A DNA stretch of 39,731 bases from an uncultured Acidobacteriota bacterium. Lineage in GTDB: Bacteria; Acidobacteriota; JAQAZP01. A model generated the notes under the pieces. The model was not told where the DNA came from. It saw only the letters and a program-made list of their open reading frames with translations, and did not search any database. A program made the position numbers and the translations under genes. Location: assembly GCA_963836075.1 (NCBI GenBank), contig CAWIIB010000005.1, positions 1 to 39,731 of the forward strand, written 5' to 3'. Shown here piece after piece: positions 1-9,659 of the stretch. Positions within the stretch are counted from its first letter, which is position 1. Each line of letters opens with the position of its first letter.

Positions 1-282
1 TTTGCTGTTCTTACCCAAACAGCAGGGTATTCAGTTGTTTGAGCGATACTATCACGAGTGAATTCTGACGTGAACTCGCGTCAGATTGCGCCGGGCAGCA
101 GTACTGTACCTACGGCATGCCCGGGGCGTTTATTCCCTCCGCGCTCAAGGAGAGTTGCCCTTCTCACTCTCCTCTCACGGTTCATCCATTACCCTTATCC
201 TGACGTTGGAATTGTTGTCATCGGGATCTCTTCCTGAATGACGGGATGATTTCTGAATTTCATCAAGAGTGAAAGGAGCATC

Positions 283-1112
283 ATGAACAAGAGAAACAGC
301 CTGAATATCATGGTCCTGCTGCTGAGCGTTTTTGTCCTGCTTCCGGCCACGGCCGTAGCGAGTGAACTGTTCCTCGAAGCGGACCTCACCGACCAGGAAA
401 TCGACATGATCACCGAGGGCGCCGAAGGGGGGGAGATCCCCTTCAGTGTTGCCGAGCTCTACTTCGAATTGAACGATACGGACGGCGATCTCGGGATTCA
501 CGGCCTGATCGATGGCGAGCCCTGGAAGTGGATCGAGATCGAGAGCCCGGACGGCCGCCGCAAGATGAAGGTTTCGGCGCACAAGAGCCTCCGGCGGCAC
601 GGCCTGACCGAGCTGTTCTTCGAGAGTGCCGAGCCGGCCTTCGATGAACTTCCGCCGGAGTGTTCTTTCATCGATTCCCTGAGGGTGTGTGGGAAGTGGA
701 AGGCCGGTCCGTTGAAGGTGACGAACTGGTGGGTGAAAGTTACCTCAGCCATGTGATCCCGGCCGGCCCTGACGGGATCGAGGCCAACGGCATGGAACTG
801 CCCGGAGACTGCGACGAGGATCCGGTCCCGGTGGTGGCGGCCCCGGTCACCTTGACCTGGGATCCTGTCCTGACGCATCACGAAGAACTAGGCAACGAAG
901 GCGAAGTGGTGGCCGTGGGGTATGAGGTGGTGGCTGAAATCGAGGAGGCCGGCAGCAAGATTACCGTGTTGCTGCCGGGCGACGTGACCGAGTACACGCT
1001 GTCCGAGGATTTCACCAGCATGGGCGCTGAGGTCAAGGTGGAAATACTGGTCTATGCCGATAGCGGGAACCGGTCCGCCACCGAGACATGTTTCGAAATC
1101 GAGGAGAAGTAA
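283..1112 (+). CDS. Secreted acidic hypothetical protein with a probable C-terminal beta-sandwich (Fn3-like); one frameshift near 660
   Basis: AAGGAG RBS before ATG 283; Sec signal peptide MNKRNSLNIMVLLLSVFVLLPATAVA. ORF 283..756 (to ...FFESAEPAFDELPPE) joins ORF 660..1112 (FFHRFPEGVWEVEG...), with the same acidic composition in both halves. Confidence 0.7.
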
Positions 1113-1118
1113 AGGCGG

Positions 1119-1142
1119 GCGGCCGGGCGAAAGCCCGGTCGC
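1119..1142. terminator. GC-rich hairpin with GAAA tetraloop between convergent genes
   Basis: GCGGCCGGGC-GAAA-GCCCGGTCGC just after the stop at 1112; no strong U-tract. Confidence 0.55.
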
Positions 1143-1157
1143 CACAGCTCGATGCAA

Positions 1158-1850
1158 TCACGGCCGGATCATTCCCCGAGGGCGGGCGGGCCTTCTCATG
1201 CCGCACTCTCCTACCCCAACTGCAGCAGCTTTCGTGAGTTGACCGCCATCCCTCATTTGTCTGGCCACCCGGTGCCCTCCGCCTTCGACCCGCTTCAGGA
1301 CCACGTTGGGAATCCCGCGCAAGCGGTCGGCGTGGCGTTGGTCCCGGGTGTTGCCGGGGTCGTAGTAGATCGTGATGTCGGACGACCCGTCGTAGTCCTC
1401 TGCCAGCAACCGGCCCAGATCCAGGTAGGGATTGGCGGTGCCGGTGAGCCGGTGCAGCGTCGCCAATTGATCCTGGAAGCGGGAATCGCCGGGATGAAGA
1501 AGACGGGTCTGCGGTCCGAAGGCGTGAATCTGGGTGGCACCGATAAAGGTGCCGAAAAGGATGGCGGCGTAGGCCCCGGCGGAAGCGCCGAGACAGATGA
1601 CGCGCTCGGGTTCAGCTTCTTCCACCAGGTCGAGCAGGTGGAGGCCGATATCTTCGGCACAGTCCCCCACGCCGGGAATCCCGGCCAGGTACCAGAGCCG
1701 GTGCGGATCGCGTAGAAATATCTTGCTCGCCGTGATCCGCTTCAGGACACCCGGAAACTCGAATTGTGGTTTTTCATACTTGCCGCCCAGTCCCAGACCG
1801 GCAAAGACGATGAGCAGGGAATCATGGGAAGGATCCAGGTCGACAGCCAC
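1158..1850 (-). CDS. Alpha/beta-hydrolase-fold protein; true ends uncertain (ATG at 1911 and a stop near 1211 are possible if indels are present)
   Basis: Nucleophile elbow GASAG (G-x-S-x-G) followed by AYAAILFG, and a C-terminal GGGH as candidate catalytic His. Confidence 0.65.
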   Translation of the reverse strand: MAVDLDPSHDSLLIVFAGLGLGGKYEKPQFEFPGVLKRITASKIFLRDPHRLWYLAGIPGVGDCAEDIGLHLLDLVEEAEPERVICLGASAGAYAAILFGTFIGATQIHAFGPQTRLLHPGDSRFQDQLATLHRLTGTANPYLDLGRLLAEDYDGSSDITIYYDPGNTRDQRHADRLRGIPNVVLKRVEGGGHRVARQMRDGGQLTKAAAVGVGECGMRRPARPRGMIRP

Positions 1851-2149
1851 ATCAGGGATGTCGAGTCTGCTCTTGTCTTCCCGGTCAGGGACCCTGGGGC
1901 GGTCCGGTCATGATCTTATCCTGCTCAGTGGAAACGCTGATAATCGATAGATATTATATACTATTCACTTCTGGTTGTCTGTAACGGACGTTTTTTGTGA
2001 CAGCCGGACACCGTGGCCTTCCATTGCACATTCCGAGAAGGGACTGACTGGTTATTCCCTTCAAAAACCCTTATATTGATGGAATAAGTTATGTGAATGT
2101 GCGGTTTTCGCGGTCGAAGCCCACCTGACCCACCTGATAAGGATTCATC

Positions 2150-4099
2150 ATGAAACACGATTCCCCACAGCCATTCTTCCCTCGCTGGGCCCGGATCTGG
2201 GCGCTCACCTGGGCCATGACCAGCGGATTCCTCTCGCTGTTGTGGCTCGTCCTGCGCAGCGGTTTGAAGCCCAGCCGTTTCACCTACCCCTGCCAGCAGG
2301 CGGCCTTCTCGGCGGCCTGGCTCGCCTTTGGCGGTCCGCTGGTGGCGACGATGATCTCTGCACGGCGCCGTCTTTCCGCCGGCCTTCGTACGCCGGTAGG
2401 AGCGACCCTGGCCATTGTCGGCCTGCTGGCCACCGCCGGGATCTGGGGCTACACCTCGTATGCCGAATCGTATGACGGTGTGCCGTTCAGCCCGCCGCGG
2501 GGCTACCGGGCCCAGATCTTCCAGGTCACCGAGTGCCCCCAGGCGCCGGTGGGTGACCGCTTCCTCGGGGTGGAATACCTGCTCAACCTGATGGGCAGCG
2601 AGGGGCTGAAGTTCTACCAGTCAGCCACCCAGTCGCTGATATCAGGGCCCGGCGGGATCGTCGCCGCCGACGATGTGGTGGTGATCAAGATCAATTACCA
2701 GTGGGACGAGCGGGGCGGGACGAACACCGACGTGCTGAGCGGAGTGATCAGGCGCATCGTCGACCATCCCGACGGTTTCACCGGCGAGATCGTGGTCTGC
2801 GAGAACTCGCAGTTCAACTCGATCAACGGGTTCGACAGGGCATACAACAATGCCGAGACCCATTCCCGCTCACCCCACGACGTGGTGGTTTCCTTCCAGG
2901 GGCTGGGGTTCAACGTCTCGCATTTTGACTGGACCGTGACCCGCTACACCTCGGTGGACGAGTTCTCCGATGGCGATTACAGCGACGGCTACGTGGTCTA
3001 TGCCTACAACTCCGGTCTGGGCGGTCGGGTCTCGTACCCAAAGTTCACATCCGATGACGGAACGTATATCAGCCTGCGCGACGGGATCTGGAACGGCAGC
3101 AGCTATGACCGTGGGAAACTGAAGTTCATCAACCTGCCGGTGCTGAAGTCGCACCACGCCACGTACGGCGCCACCGCCTGTGTCAAGCACTACATGGGTG
3201 TGGTGACCGACGGGTTGAGCACCAACTCTCACAGCGCCATCGGCAACGGGATGATGGGGGCCCTGATGGGGGAGATCCAGGCGGCCGACCTGAACATCCT
3301 CGACTGCATCTGGATCCACGCCAATCCCTACGACGGACCGTGGACCGAATACACCGAAGCCACCCGGCGGGACATCCTGCTGGCCTCCACCGATCCGGTG
3401 GCCACCGACATCTGGGCGGTGAAGAACATCCTCATCCCGGCCTTCATCGCCAACGGCTACTCGGCGCCCTGGCCCTATCCCAGCGCCGACCCGGACAACC
3501 CGAGCAGCGAGTTCCGGGAGTACCTCGACAATTCCCTGAGCTACATGCTCAGTGCCGGCATCGTGGCCACCAACGACCTGGGGATGATCGACACCTTCAC
3601 CTGGAGCGGAACTTCGGACAGTGACGGGGACGGCATCCCCGATGGCCCCGACAACTGTCCCGATATTCCGAACCCCAATCAGGAGGATGCGGACCAGAAC
3701 GGTGTGGGCGATGCCTGCGACACCGCTTCCGGAACGGTGGCGGCCTCCATGAGCTGTCTGCCCGACGAGGGGATCCTGCCCTTCACCACCACCATTTCAG
3801 TGGAGATGGCCAACCTGTACAGCGGGCAGTCCCGCCGTCTGGCCGGGAGGATCGACCTCGACCTGGCCAGCGGGCAGCAGTACAGCAGCTGGCGGGCCGG
3901 CTGGAGCAACATCAGCCCCTCCAGCAGCTACTTCACCAGCTGGGGCCAGAGCATCCCCGCCCTGGGCTCGTTGGCCGGTGTGAATACATTCACCCTTCTG
4001 GCCCGGGACGTCACCCCGGCGCCCTACAACCAGCCGCCCTATCCGGCTGCCGGCGACCAGGCCAGCGATGGCTGCACGGTGACGGGCATTCTTCCCTGA
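2150..4099 (+). CDS. Exported or membrane-anchored DUF362-domain protein with a thrombospondin type-3 repeat and an unknown C-terminal domain
   Basis: Intact 649-aa ORF. N-terminal hydrophobic segments with KPSRFTYPCQQAA; DUF362-type motifs VVIKIN, INLPVLKSHH, GATACVKHYMG and DPVATD; TSP3 repeat DSDGDGIPDGPDNCP...DADQNGVGDACD at about 3617-3721. Confidence 0.8.
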   Translation: MKHDSPQPFFPRWARIWALTWAMTSGFLSLLWLVLRSGLKPSRFTYPCQQAAFSAAWLAFGGPLVATMISARRRLSAGLRTPVGATLAIVGLLATAGIWGYTSYAESYDGVPFSPPRGYRAQIFQVTECPQAPVGDRFLGVEYLLNLMGSEGLKFYQSATQSLISGPGGIVAADDVVVIKINYQWDERGGTNTDVLSGVIRRIVDHPDGFTGEIVVCENSQFNSINGFDRAYNNAETHSRSPHDVVVSFQGLGFNVSHFDWTVTRYTSVDEFSDGDYSDGYVVYAYNSGLGGRVSYPKFTSDDGTYISLRDGIWNGSSYDRGKLKFINLPVLKSHHATYGATACVKHYMGVVTDGLSTNSHSAIGNGMMGALMGEIQAADLNILDCIWIHANPYDGPWTEYTEATRRDILLASTDPVATDIWAVKNILIPAFIANGYSAPWPYPSADPDNPSSEFREYLDNSLSYMLSAGIVATNDLGMIDTFTWSGTSDSDGDGIPDGPDNCPDIPNPNQEDADQNGVGDACDTASGTVAASMSCLPDEGILPFTTTISVEMANLYSGQSRRLAGRIDLDLASGQQYSSWRAGWSNISPSSSYFTSWGQSIPALGSLAGVNTFTLLARDVTPAPYNQPPYPAAGDQASDGCTVTGILP

Positions 4100-4107
4100 T
4101 GATTCCA

Positions 4108-4150
4108 GCGGCGGTCCGGGGATTCTCCCCGGGCCGCCGTCTTCATTCCT
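4108..4150 (+). terminator. Intrinsic terminator-like hairpin
   Basis: GCGGCGGTCCGGGGA-TTC-TCCCCGGGCCGCCGT followed by pyrimidine-rich CTTCATTCCT, 8 nt after the stop at 4099. Confidence 0.65.
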
Positions 4151-4283
4151 CTCCGCAGGTCTGATAATATGATATGTCGTGGCCGCTGATGGTCCACCTT
4201 TATTCGGTGTGCCCTTCAGCGGCCTGTTTCATTTCCCTGTCCAAACGTATTGATTGCCTCAGCGATACTCCGGAGGCTTTACC

Positions 4284-5852
4284 TTGATCAACCGCTCACG
4301 TCGAACCTGTGACCCGTGCCGCCTGGCTGGTGATCCTGGCCACGGTGGTGGTGCGCGTGGTGGGGCTGCTCAAGGAAGTGGTGGTGGCCGGCAGCTTCGG
4401 TGTGGGGCCGGCCATGGATGCCTTCAACGTGGCCATCGCCATCCCCTACCTGCTGGCCGGGGTGGTGGTGCCGGCCATCTCCGGCGCCGTGGTGCCGCTG
4501 GCAGCGGCGGCCGAGCTGAGGTGGGGCAGGGGCACTGAGCGGACCAGGCGGTTCTGGGGCACGCTGCTGCTGGTCACTTTTCTGATGCTGCTGGGGGCGG
4601 TGCTGCTGGCGGATCTCCTTTCCTTCGGCCTGGGCGGCCTCTTCCGCTGGCTGTCGAAGCTGATGGGCGGGTCGTTCGATGCCGACCTGCAGGTGCCGCT
4701 GATCCGCAGCCTGGTCTTTATCGTCACGCCGCTGGCCCTGCTTGCAGGGGCTGGCCAGCCTCGAGGCGAGCCTGTTCCACATCCGCAAGCGGTTTCTGCT
4801 GCCGGCCCTGGCCCCGATCTCCTTCTCCCTGGCCATGATCCTGCTGCTGGCGCTTCATCCGTCTCCCACCATCGTCCTCCTGGCCTGGGCCGCACTGGCG
4901 GGCAACGTGATCTGGACCCTGGCCCTGTTGCCATACTTCTGCGGCAATGCCCAGGCCGATGCTCAGGCCCGCCGGTGCGGACACACGGGACTTCCTTCGC
5001 ACCCTGCTGCCCCTGACCCTGGTGATGATCTTCGGCCAGTCGTCCGAGGCCCTGGGCTACTTCCTGGGGATCAGTGTCTCGGTGGGTGGGGCGGCGTCCC
5101 TGGGATATGCCCAGCGGCTGGTGGACATGCCGGTGCTGCTCTTCGGGGCGGCGCTCTCGGTGGCAGCCTTCCCCTACCTCTCGGACAGTGCCGCCGAAGG
5201 TGACCTGAAGCAGCTGTCCAACGATTTTCGCCGGGCCTTTGGCCAGGTAGCCCTGCTGCTGGCCCCGGTGACCGCTGCCTGGCTGGTGCTGGGCCGCCAG
5301 ATCCTCACCTCGGTCTACAAGCAGGGGGCCTTTGACGAAGCCGCCGTGACCCTGACCCTCGGCCCACTGTTCATGTTCGCCCTCGGCGGGACATTCAAGG
5401 CACTGAGCTTTACCCAGGGCAAGATGCTGATGGCTGTTCGGCGGTACAAGGCGATGCTCTTCTTCGGGGTCAGTGCCCTGGTGGTCAACTTCACCCTGGC
5501 CGTGCCCCTGGGCCGCCTGTTCGGCCCTTCCGGGCTGGCCGGCGCCGTCTCCTTCTCCTGGCTCTACGTGGTGATCGGCATCACCATTCTCTCCGCCCGG
5601 ATCCTCGCCCCGCACTTCCCGCTGCGCCCGCTGGTGGTCATCATTTCCCAGGCCGGGGCTGCCGCTGCGGGTGGGGGACTGGCCGCCGCGCTGCTGCTCT
5701 CTTTCGTGCCTCTGCAGACCGGCCTGGCCGGGTTCGGGCGCCTGGTTCTTGGCGGGCTGGTGCTGCTGGCGGTCTACCTCCTGCTCTGCCGCCTGTTCGG
5801 TGTTCGACTGAGTGACGTCGGTATTCTGCGCAATCAGGAACCCGCCGATTGA
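4284..5852 (+). CDS. murJ: MurJ/MviN-family lipid II flippase (about 3 frameshifts)
   Basis: GGAGG at 4272-4276 then TTG 4284. Fragments 4309, 4742 and 4947 give RVVGLLKEVVVAGSFGVGPAMDAFNVA, LGYAQRLVDMPVLLFG and YKQGAFD, all typical of MviN; multi-TM. Confidence 0.8.
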
Positions 5853-6000
5853 CCATCCTCACTGAACGGATCCGCTCCAGGTCTCGTATACAGGTACGGT
5901 TGCACGATATCTGGTCCCGATGCACAGCCGGCGGAGGACTGCTCCGCCGGCGGGACGATGAGGTGGCCTGCCGGAGGGGTGCTGACACGGGAGAGAGGAA

Positions 6001-6700
6001 ATGAGCGATAGAGCTGAGAAGACGGATGCGGCAAGGACACCACTGGTCCGGTTCTGGCACTCCTGGGGCAAGATGCTGCTGCATCACCCTGCTGCTGGTC
6101 ACCTCGTTTCGTTCGGCCGTGGCCGACTGGAACGACGTGCCCACCGGTTCGATGAAGCCCACCATCCTCGAGGGCGACCGGATCTTCGTCAACAAGCTGG
6201 CCTACGATCTCAAGATTCCGTTCACCATCCGACGGGTGGCCCGTTGGGGTGAGCCCCGGCGAGGTGAGTTGGTGGTCTTCTTCTCCCCGGTGGACGGCAC
6301 CCGGCTGGTCAAGCGGGTGGTGGGTGTGCCGGGTGACGTGGTCTCCATGCAGGGCCACCGGCTCTCGGTCAACGGCGAGGCGGCGTCCTACAGCCCGGTG
6401 GAGCAGGCCGGCCGGACCGATGGGAGGATTCTCCAATTCACCGAGACCCTGGCCGGTTCGAGCCGCACGGTGCAGTTCATTGCCGACAGGCCCTTGAATC
6501 ACTCCTTCCCCGAAATGACCCTGGCACCGGGGACCTACTTCATGATGGGGGACAATCGCTGCAACAGCGCCGACTCGAGATATTTCGGGGCGGTGGGGAT
6601 GGAACAGATTCTCGGCCGGGTCAGCACCGTGGTGCTTTCGCTGGACCATGAGGCCCACTACCGGCCACGCTGGGACCGGTTTTTCACCGGGATCGACTGA
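6001..6700 (+). CDS. lepB: Signal peptidase I (frameshift near 6075)
   Basis: Ser/Lys dyad boxes PTGSMKPTILEGDRIFVNK, LVKRVVG and GDNRCNSADSRYFG; purine-rich RBS before ATG 6001. Confidence 0.92.
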
Positions 6701-6897
6701 TCACGGGGGTTCAATTGTTAGTTGCAGATGGTTTCCGCGGTTCTGTCCAATCGACAATTTTTCGTAATCGCGGTTGCGAAATCGTAATGGGTTCGCCTGT
6801 CTACACCCCGGGTGCCGGTTGACCGGCACCCCCAGGCCATTGAATTAAATAATTGAAATAAAATGATTTGTCATGAACTGCTGTTGTCCTGTCGATA

Positions 6898-6913
6898 TGG
6901 TACGGCAGTTGCA
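6898..6913 (+). promoter_or_regulatory. Sigma54 (RpoN) -24/-12 promoter of the pilin gene
   Basis: TGGTACGGCAGTTGCA matches TGGCACG-N4-TTGCW with exact GG-N10-GC spacing, about 115 nt upstream of the pilin ATG, and follows an AT-rich IHF-like tract at 6839-6872. Confidence 0.8.
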
Positions 6914-7029
6914 GTTTTGTATGGCATCTCGACTCACGGCGCTGTGTGACCGATATCCGAATGCAGCGTCATTATGTGGTTTCAGGCGGGACCAGACGAC
7001 CATTCCCGTCAGCTTGCAGGAGGGCCGTC

Positions 7030-7464
7030 ATGAAGAGAGACAACCGGGGATTCACCCTAATCGAGCTGCTGATCGTAGTGGCGATCATCGGCATCATCGC
7101 GGCCATTGCGGTTCCCAACCTGCTCAACGCCATCCAGCGCGGCAAGCAGAAGCGGACCATGGCTGACATGAGGTCGCTGGGTACCGGCATGGGGACCTAC
7201 GAGATCGACTACAATCAGTATCCCTCTTCCCTCGCCGGCCTGGCGCCCGACTACCTGAAGAACCCGCCGCTGGCCGACGGCTGGACCACCGACTGGACCA
7301 CCACCTTCACCACCCAGGAATACACCATTGTCAGCCTGGGCAAGAACGGTACGGCGGACGGCGCGGGCAGCTACGGCGGCACCACCAGCACCTTCAACGC
7401 TGACATCGTTTACTCTTCCGGTTCCTTCATCCAGTATCCGGACGGAAAGCAGACCAACGGCTAG
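7030..7464 (+). CDS. Type IV pilin / GspG-like major pilin
   Basis: Class III signal MKRDNRG|FTLIELLIVVAIIGIIAAIAVP with Glu5; GspG-like DGW...Y.IVSLGKNG region; GGAGG RBS before ATG 7030. Confidence 0.9.
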   Translation: MKRDNRGFTLIELLIVVAIIGIIAAIAVPNLLNAIQRGKQKRTMADMRSLGTGMGTYEIDYNQYPSSLAGLAPDYLKNPPLADGWTTDWTTTFTTQEYTIVSLGKNGTADGAGSYGGTTSTFNADIVYSSGSFIQYPDGKQTNG

Positions 7465-7554
7465 GAAGATTGATCGTCGATTGGAGTTCGATTAGATATA
7501 GCGCTTGAGAAGGATTACTCACCGCAAGCGGGTTGAGGGGCAGGACCGCGGAAC

Positions 7555-8550
7555 CTACTCCCTGCCTCTCGCCCGCAAGGCGCGGATGATGTAGATCACA
7601 CCAGCCACCAGCAGACCGAGGGGAAGCAGGAGATTCTGAAACATGCTGCCCCCGCCTTCCACCACCAGGACGAAGATCCCCACCCCTGCCAGGGCCACCG
7701 CCGGGTAGCGGGCCCAGGTCAGTTTGTTCACCTCGTTGCTGATCAGGTAGAGATAGCCGAAGATGGCGGCCAATCCGAGGAAGAATGAAACAGGCGCGCC
7801 AGCGGTTCACCGATGTGGAATGTCTCATCCAGCTGGAGGACCATGGCCATGACGCACGAGTACTCCGCCGGGGATCACCGGCCACCAGATCCGCCGCCGC
7901 CTGAAGTGGATGAAGAGGAAGACCAGGCCGAGACAGAAGATAAAGACCATGGGGCCCACATCGCTGCTGGGGAAGAACTCTTCGGCGGTGAAGACCAGGG
8001 CCAGCAACCCCAGGGCCCCGGCCACGATCAGCGGCCAGATTCTCTGGCGGTTGATCAGGTGCACGGCGAGGAAGCTGATGGCCAGACCGAAGAGGATGAA
8101 CAGCGGTCCATCGGGGCTGCCGGGACACGATGCTCGAAACACGACTTCCAGGCCGCAGAAGCAGAGGATGCCGGCCAGGATGATCGGCCACCACCGGTTG
8201 TTGCTGGGCCGGAAGGCGAGCAGGGTGCCGAGGCCCACCCCAGAGGACCAGACCCCAGATGATTGCCGTGGGCTGAAAAACAGTCCCGGGCTGCACGGCA
8301 TGGATCAGCAATATGGCGGCCCAGATCAGAGAAGAATGCCGCCGGGATCCAGGCCCATCTCAGTGCTTGACTGAAACCGGGTGCCGGCGAGGAAGCCGAA
8401 GCCGGCCAGCAGGGCCAGGATCCCCCTGCTGAAGTGCGAGTCGAGGGAGTAGATGCCGAAGTTGGCGCCGAGAAAGATCAGACCGCTGACCAGCAGGGCA
8501 ATGCCGCCCAGCAGGAATATCAGGTCATTCTGTTGTTTGGCGCTGTTCAT
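7555..8550 (-). CDS. Polytopic membrane protein with internal W-P-I-I-x-G repeats (frameshifted)
   Basis: Fragments 8326..8550, 7825..8301 and 7555..7773 are all hydrophobic and collinear; recurring RWWPIILAGIL, RIWPLIVAGAL and RIWWPVIPGGVL. Confidence 0.65.
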
Positions 8551-8877
8551 TGGTCTCTCTCCAGCCACATGGCGTCAACCGAGGTGTATTCCCTGTTTCG
8601 CGCTATGTTACGGCCCGCGGCACTGAAAAGTTCCACGATCGGAGCCCCCTTTAGGGGAATGAGTTTCCGAAGGCGGAAACGCCGCACGATCTATGGTGAC
8701 CCGAAGGCTGCGCCGCGGTCAAGAGTATGCGGAACATGGGAGCGTTTCGTTGACCATCCTCCGGGTTTCAGCTATCCTTCTAAATGGAACCAGTTTCCTT
8801 TAAATACTGGTGCCCGGGGCGCTTTCCTGCCGTCCGGGGTACTGGTTCCAGTGGTCCGCGGACCAGGGGAGGATAGG

Positions 8878-9637
8878 GTGTATCAGCAGCAGCGAATCAG
8901 GTTCGGTTCCGGCGCGGGGATCACCCCGGCGGTGAAGGTTCTGCTCATCGCCAACGGCGTGGCGTTCTTTCTCCAGACGCTCGCCCCGGATTCTTTGTCC
9001 GCTGGTTCGCCCTTCAGCCCTACCTCGCCTGGAGCCGCTTCTAACATCTGGCAACTGGTCACCTACATGTTCCTCCATGGCGGGTTCATGCACATCCTGT
9101 TCAACATGTTCGCCCTCTGGATGTTCGGTTGTCAGATCGAGCGGCTCTTCGGCCAGAAACGGTTCTACACGTTTCTATTTTCTCACCGGGATTGCCGCCG
9201 GGCTGACCCATCTGATCTTCATGCCCAACTCCCTGGTCCCGGTGATCGGCGCTTCGGGGGCCACCTACGGCATCCTGCTGGCCTTTGCCCTCTACTTCCC
9301 CGATACCAAACTCTTCATCTTTCCCTTTGTCTTCACCCCGATCAAAGCCAAATACCTGGTGCTCATCGTCGGTGCCATCGCCTTTTTCGGTTCGGTCTCC
9401 GCCCCGGGCGGCGGAGGTGTCGCCCACCTGGCGCACCTCGGCGGGATGGTCTTCGCCTATTTCTATATCCGCCGGCTCCGCTTTCTCAACGACATCCACT
9501 ACCTGATCCAGCGGGTCCGGCAACGGTCCCTGAGGAAGAAGTACAAGGTCTATGAAGGCGGAAAGGGCGAGGACCGGACATCCGGCGGGTTCCCCCGACC
9601 CCCGAGGGGCGGGGACGACGATTTCACCGTGCACTGA
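8878..9637 (+). CDS. Rhomboid-family intramembrane serine protease (frameshifts)
   Basis: GGAGG then GTG 8878; WQLVTYMFLHGGFMHILFNM, catalytic GASG and AHLAHLGG. Confidence 0.9.
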
Positions 9638-9659
9638 TCTGAGACCGGGAGCGGATACC

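Noticed and set aside
190-282. SAM-I riboswitch-like words (CTTATC, ATCAAGAG) upstream of gene 283
   Set aside because: The remaining SAM-I core (GAGGGA..GCCC, GCAACC, GTGC) is absent and the downstream gene is not related to sulfur metabolism.
2120-2137. Direct repeat CCCACCTGA x2 just upstream of the DUF362 start
   Set aside because: Only two 9-nt copies. It could be an operator but is indistinguishable from chance or a local duplication.
4446-5615. Long antisense ORFs (e.g. 4446..5615, 9624..10670, 25546..26502, 15862..16548)
   Set aside because: These are shadow ORFs opposite well-supported genes, expected in high-GC DNA, and have no recognisable motifs.
7030-7464. Electrically conductive (e-pilin) candidate
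   Set aside because: It is a full-length pilin with a globular head, and its N-terminal helix lacks the aromatic pattern of short Geobacter-type e-pilins. There are no cytochrome genes nearby.
8434-8877. Long N-terminal extension of the rhomboid ORF
   Set aside because: It overlaps the divergent gene and promoter region. The RBS and homology point to GTG 8878.
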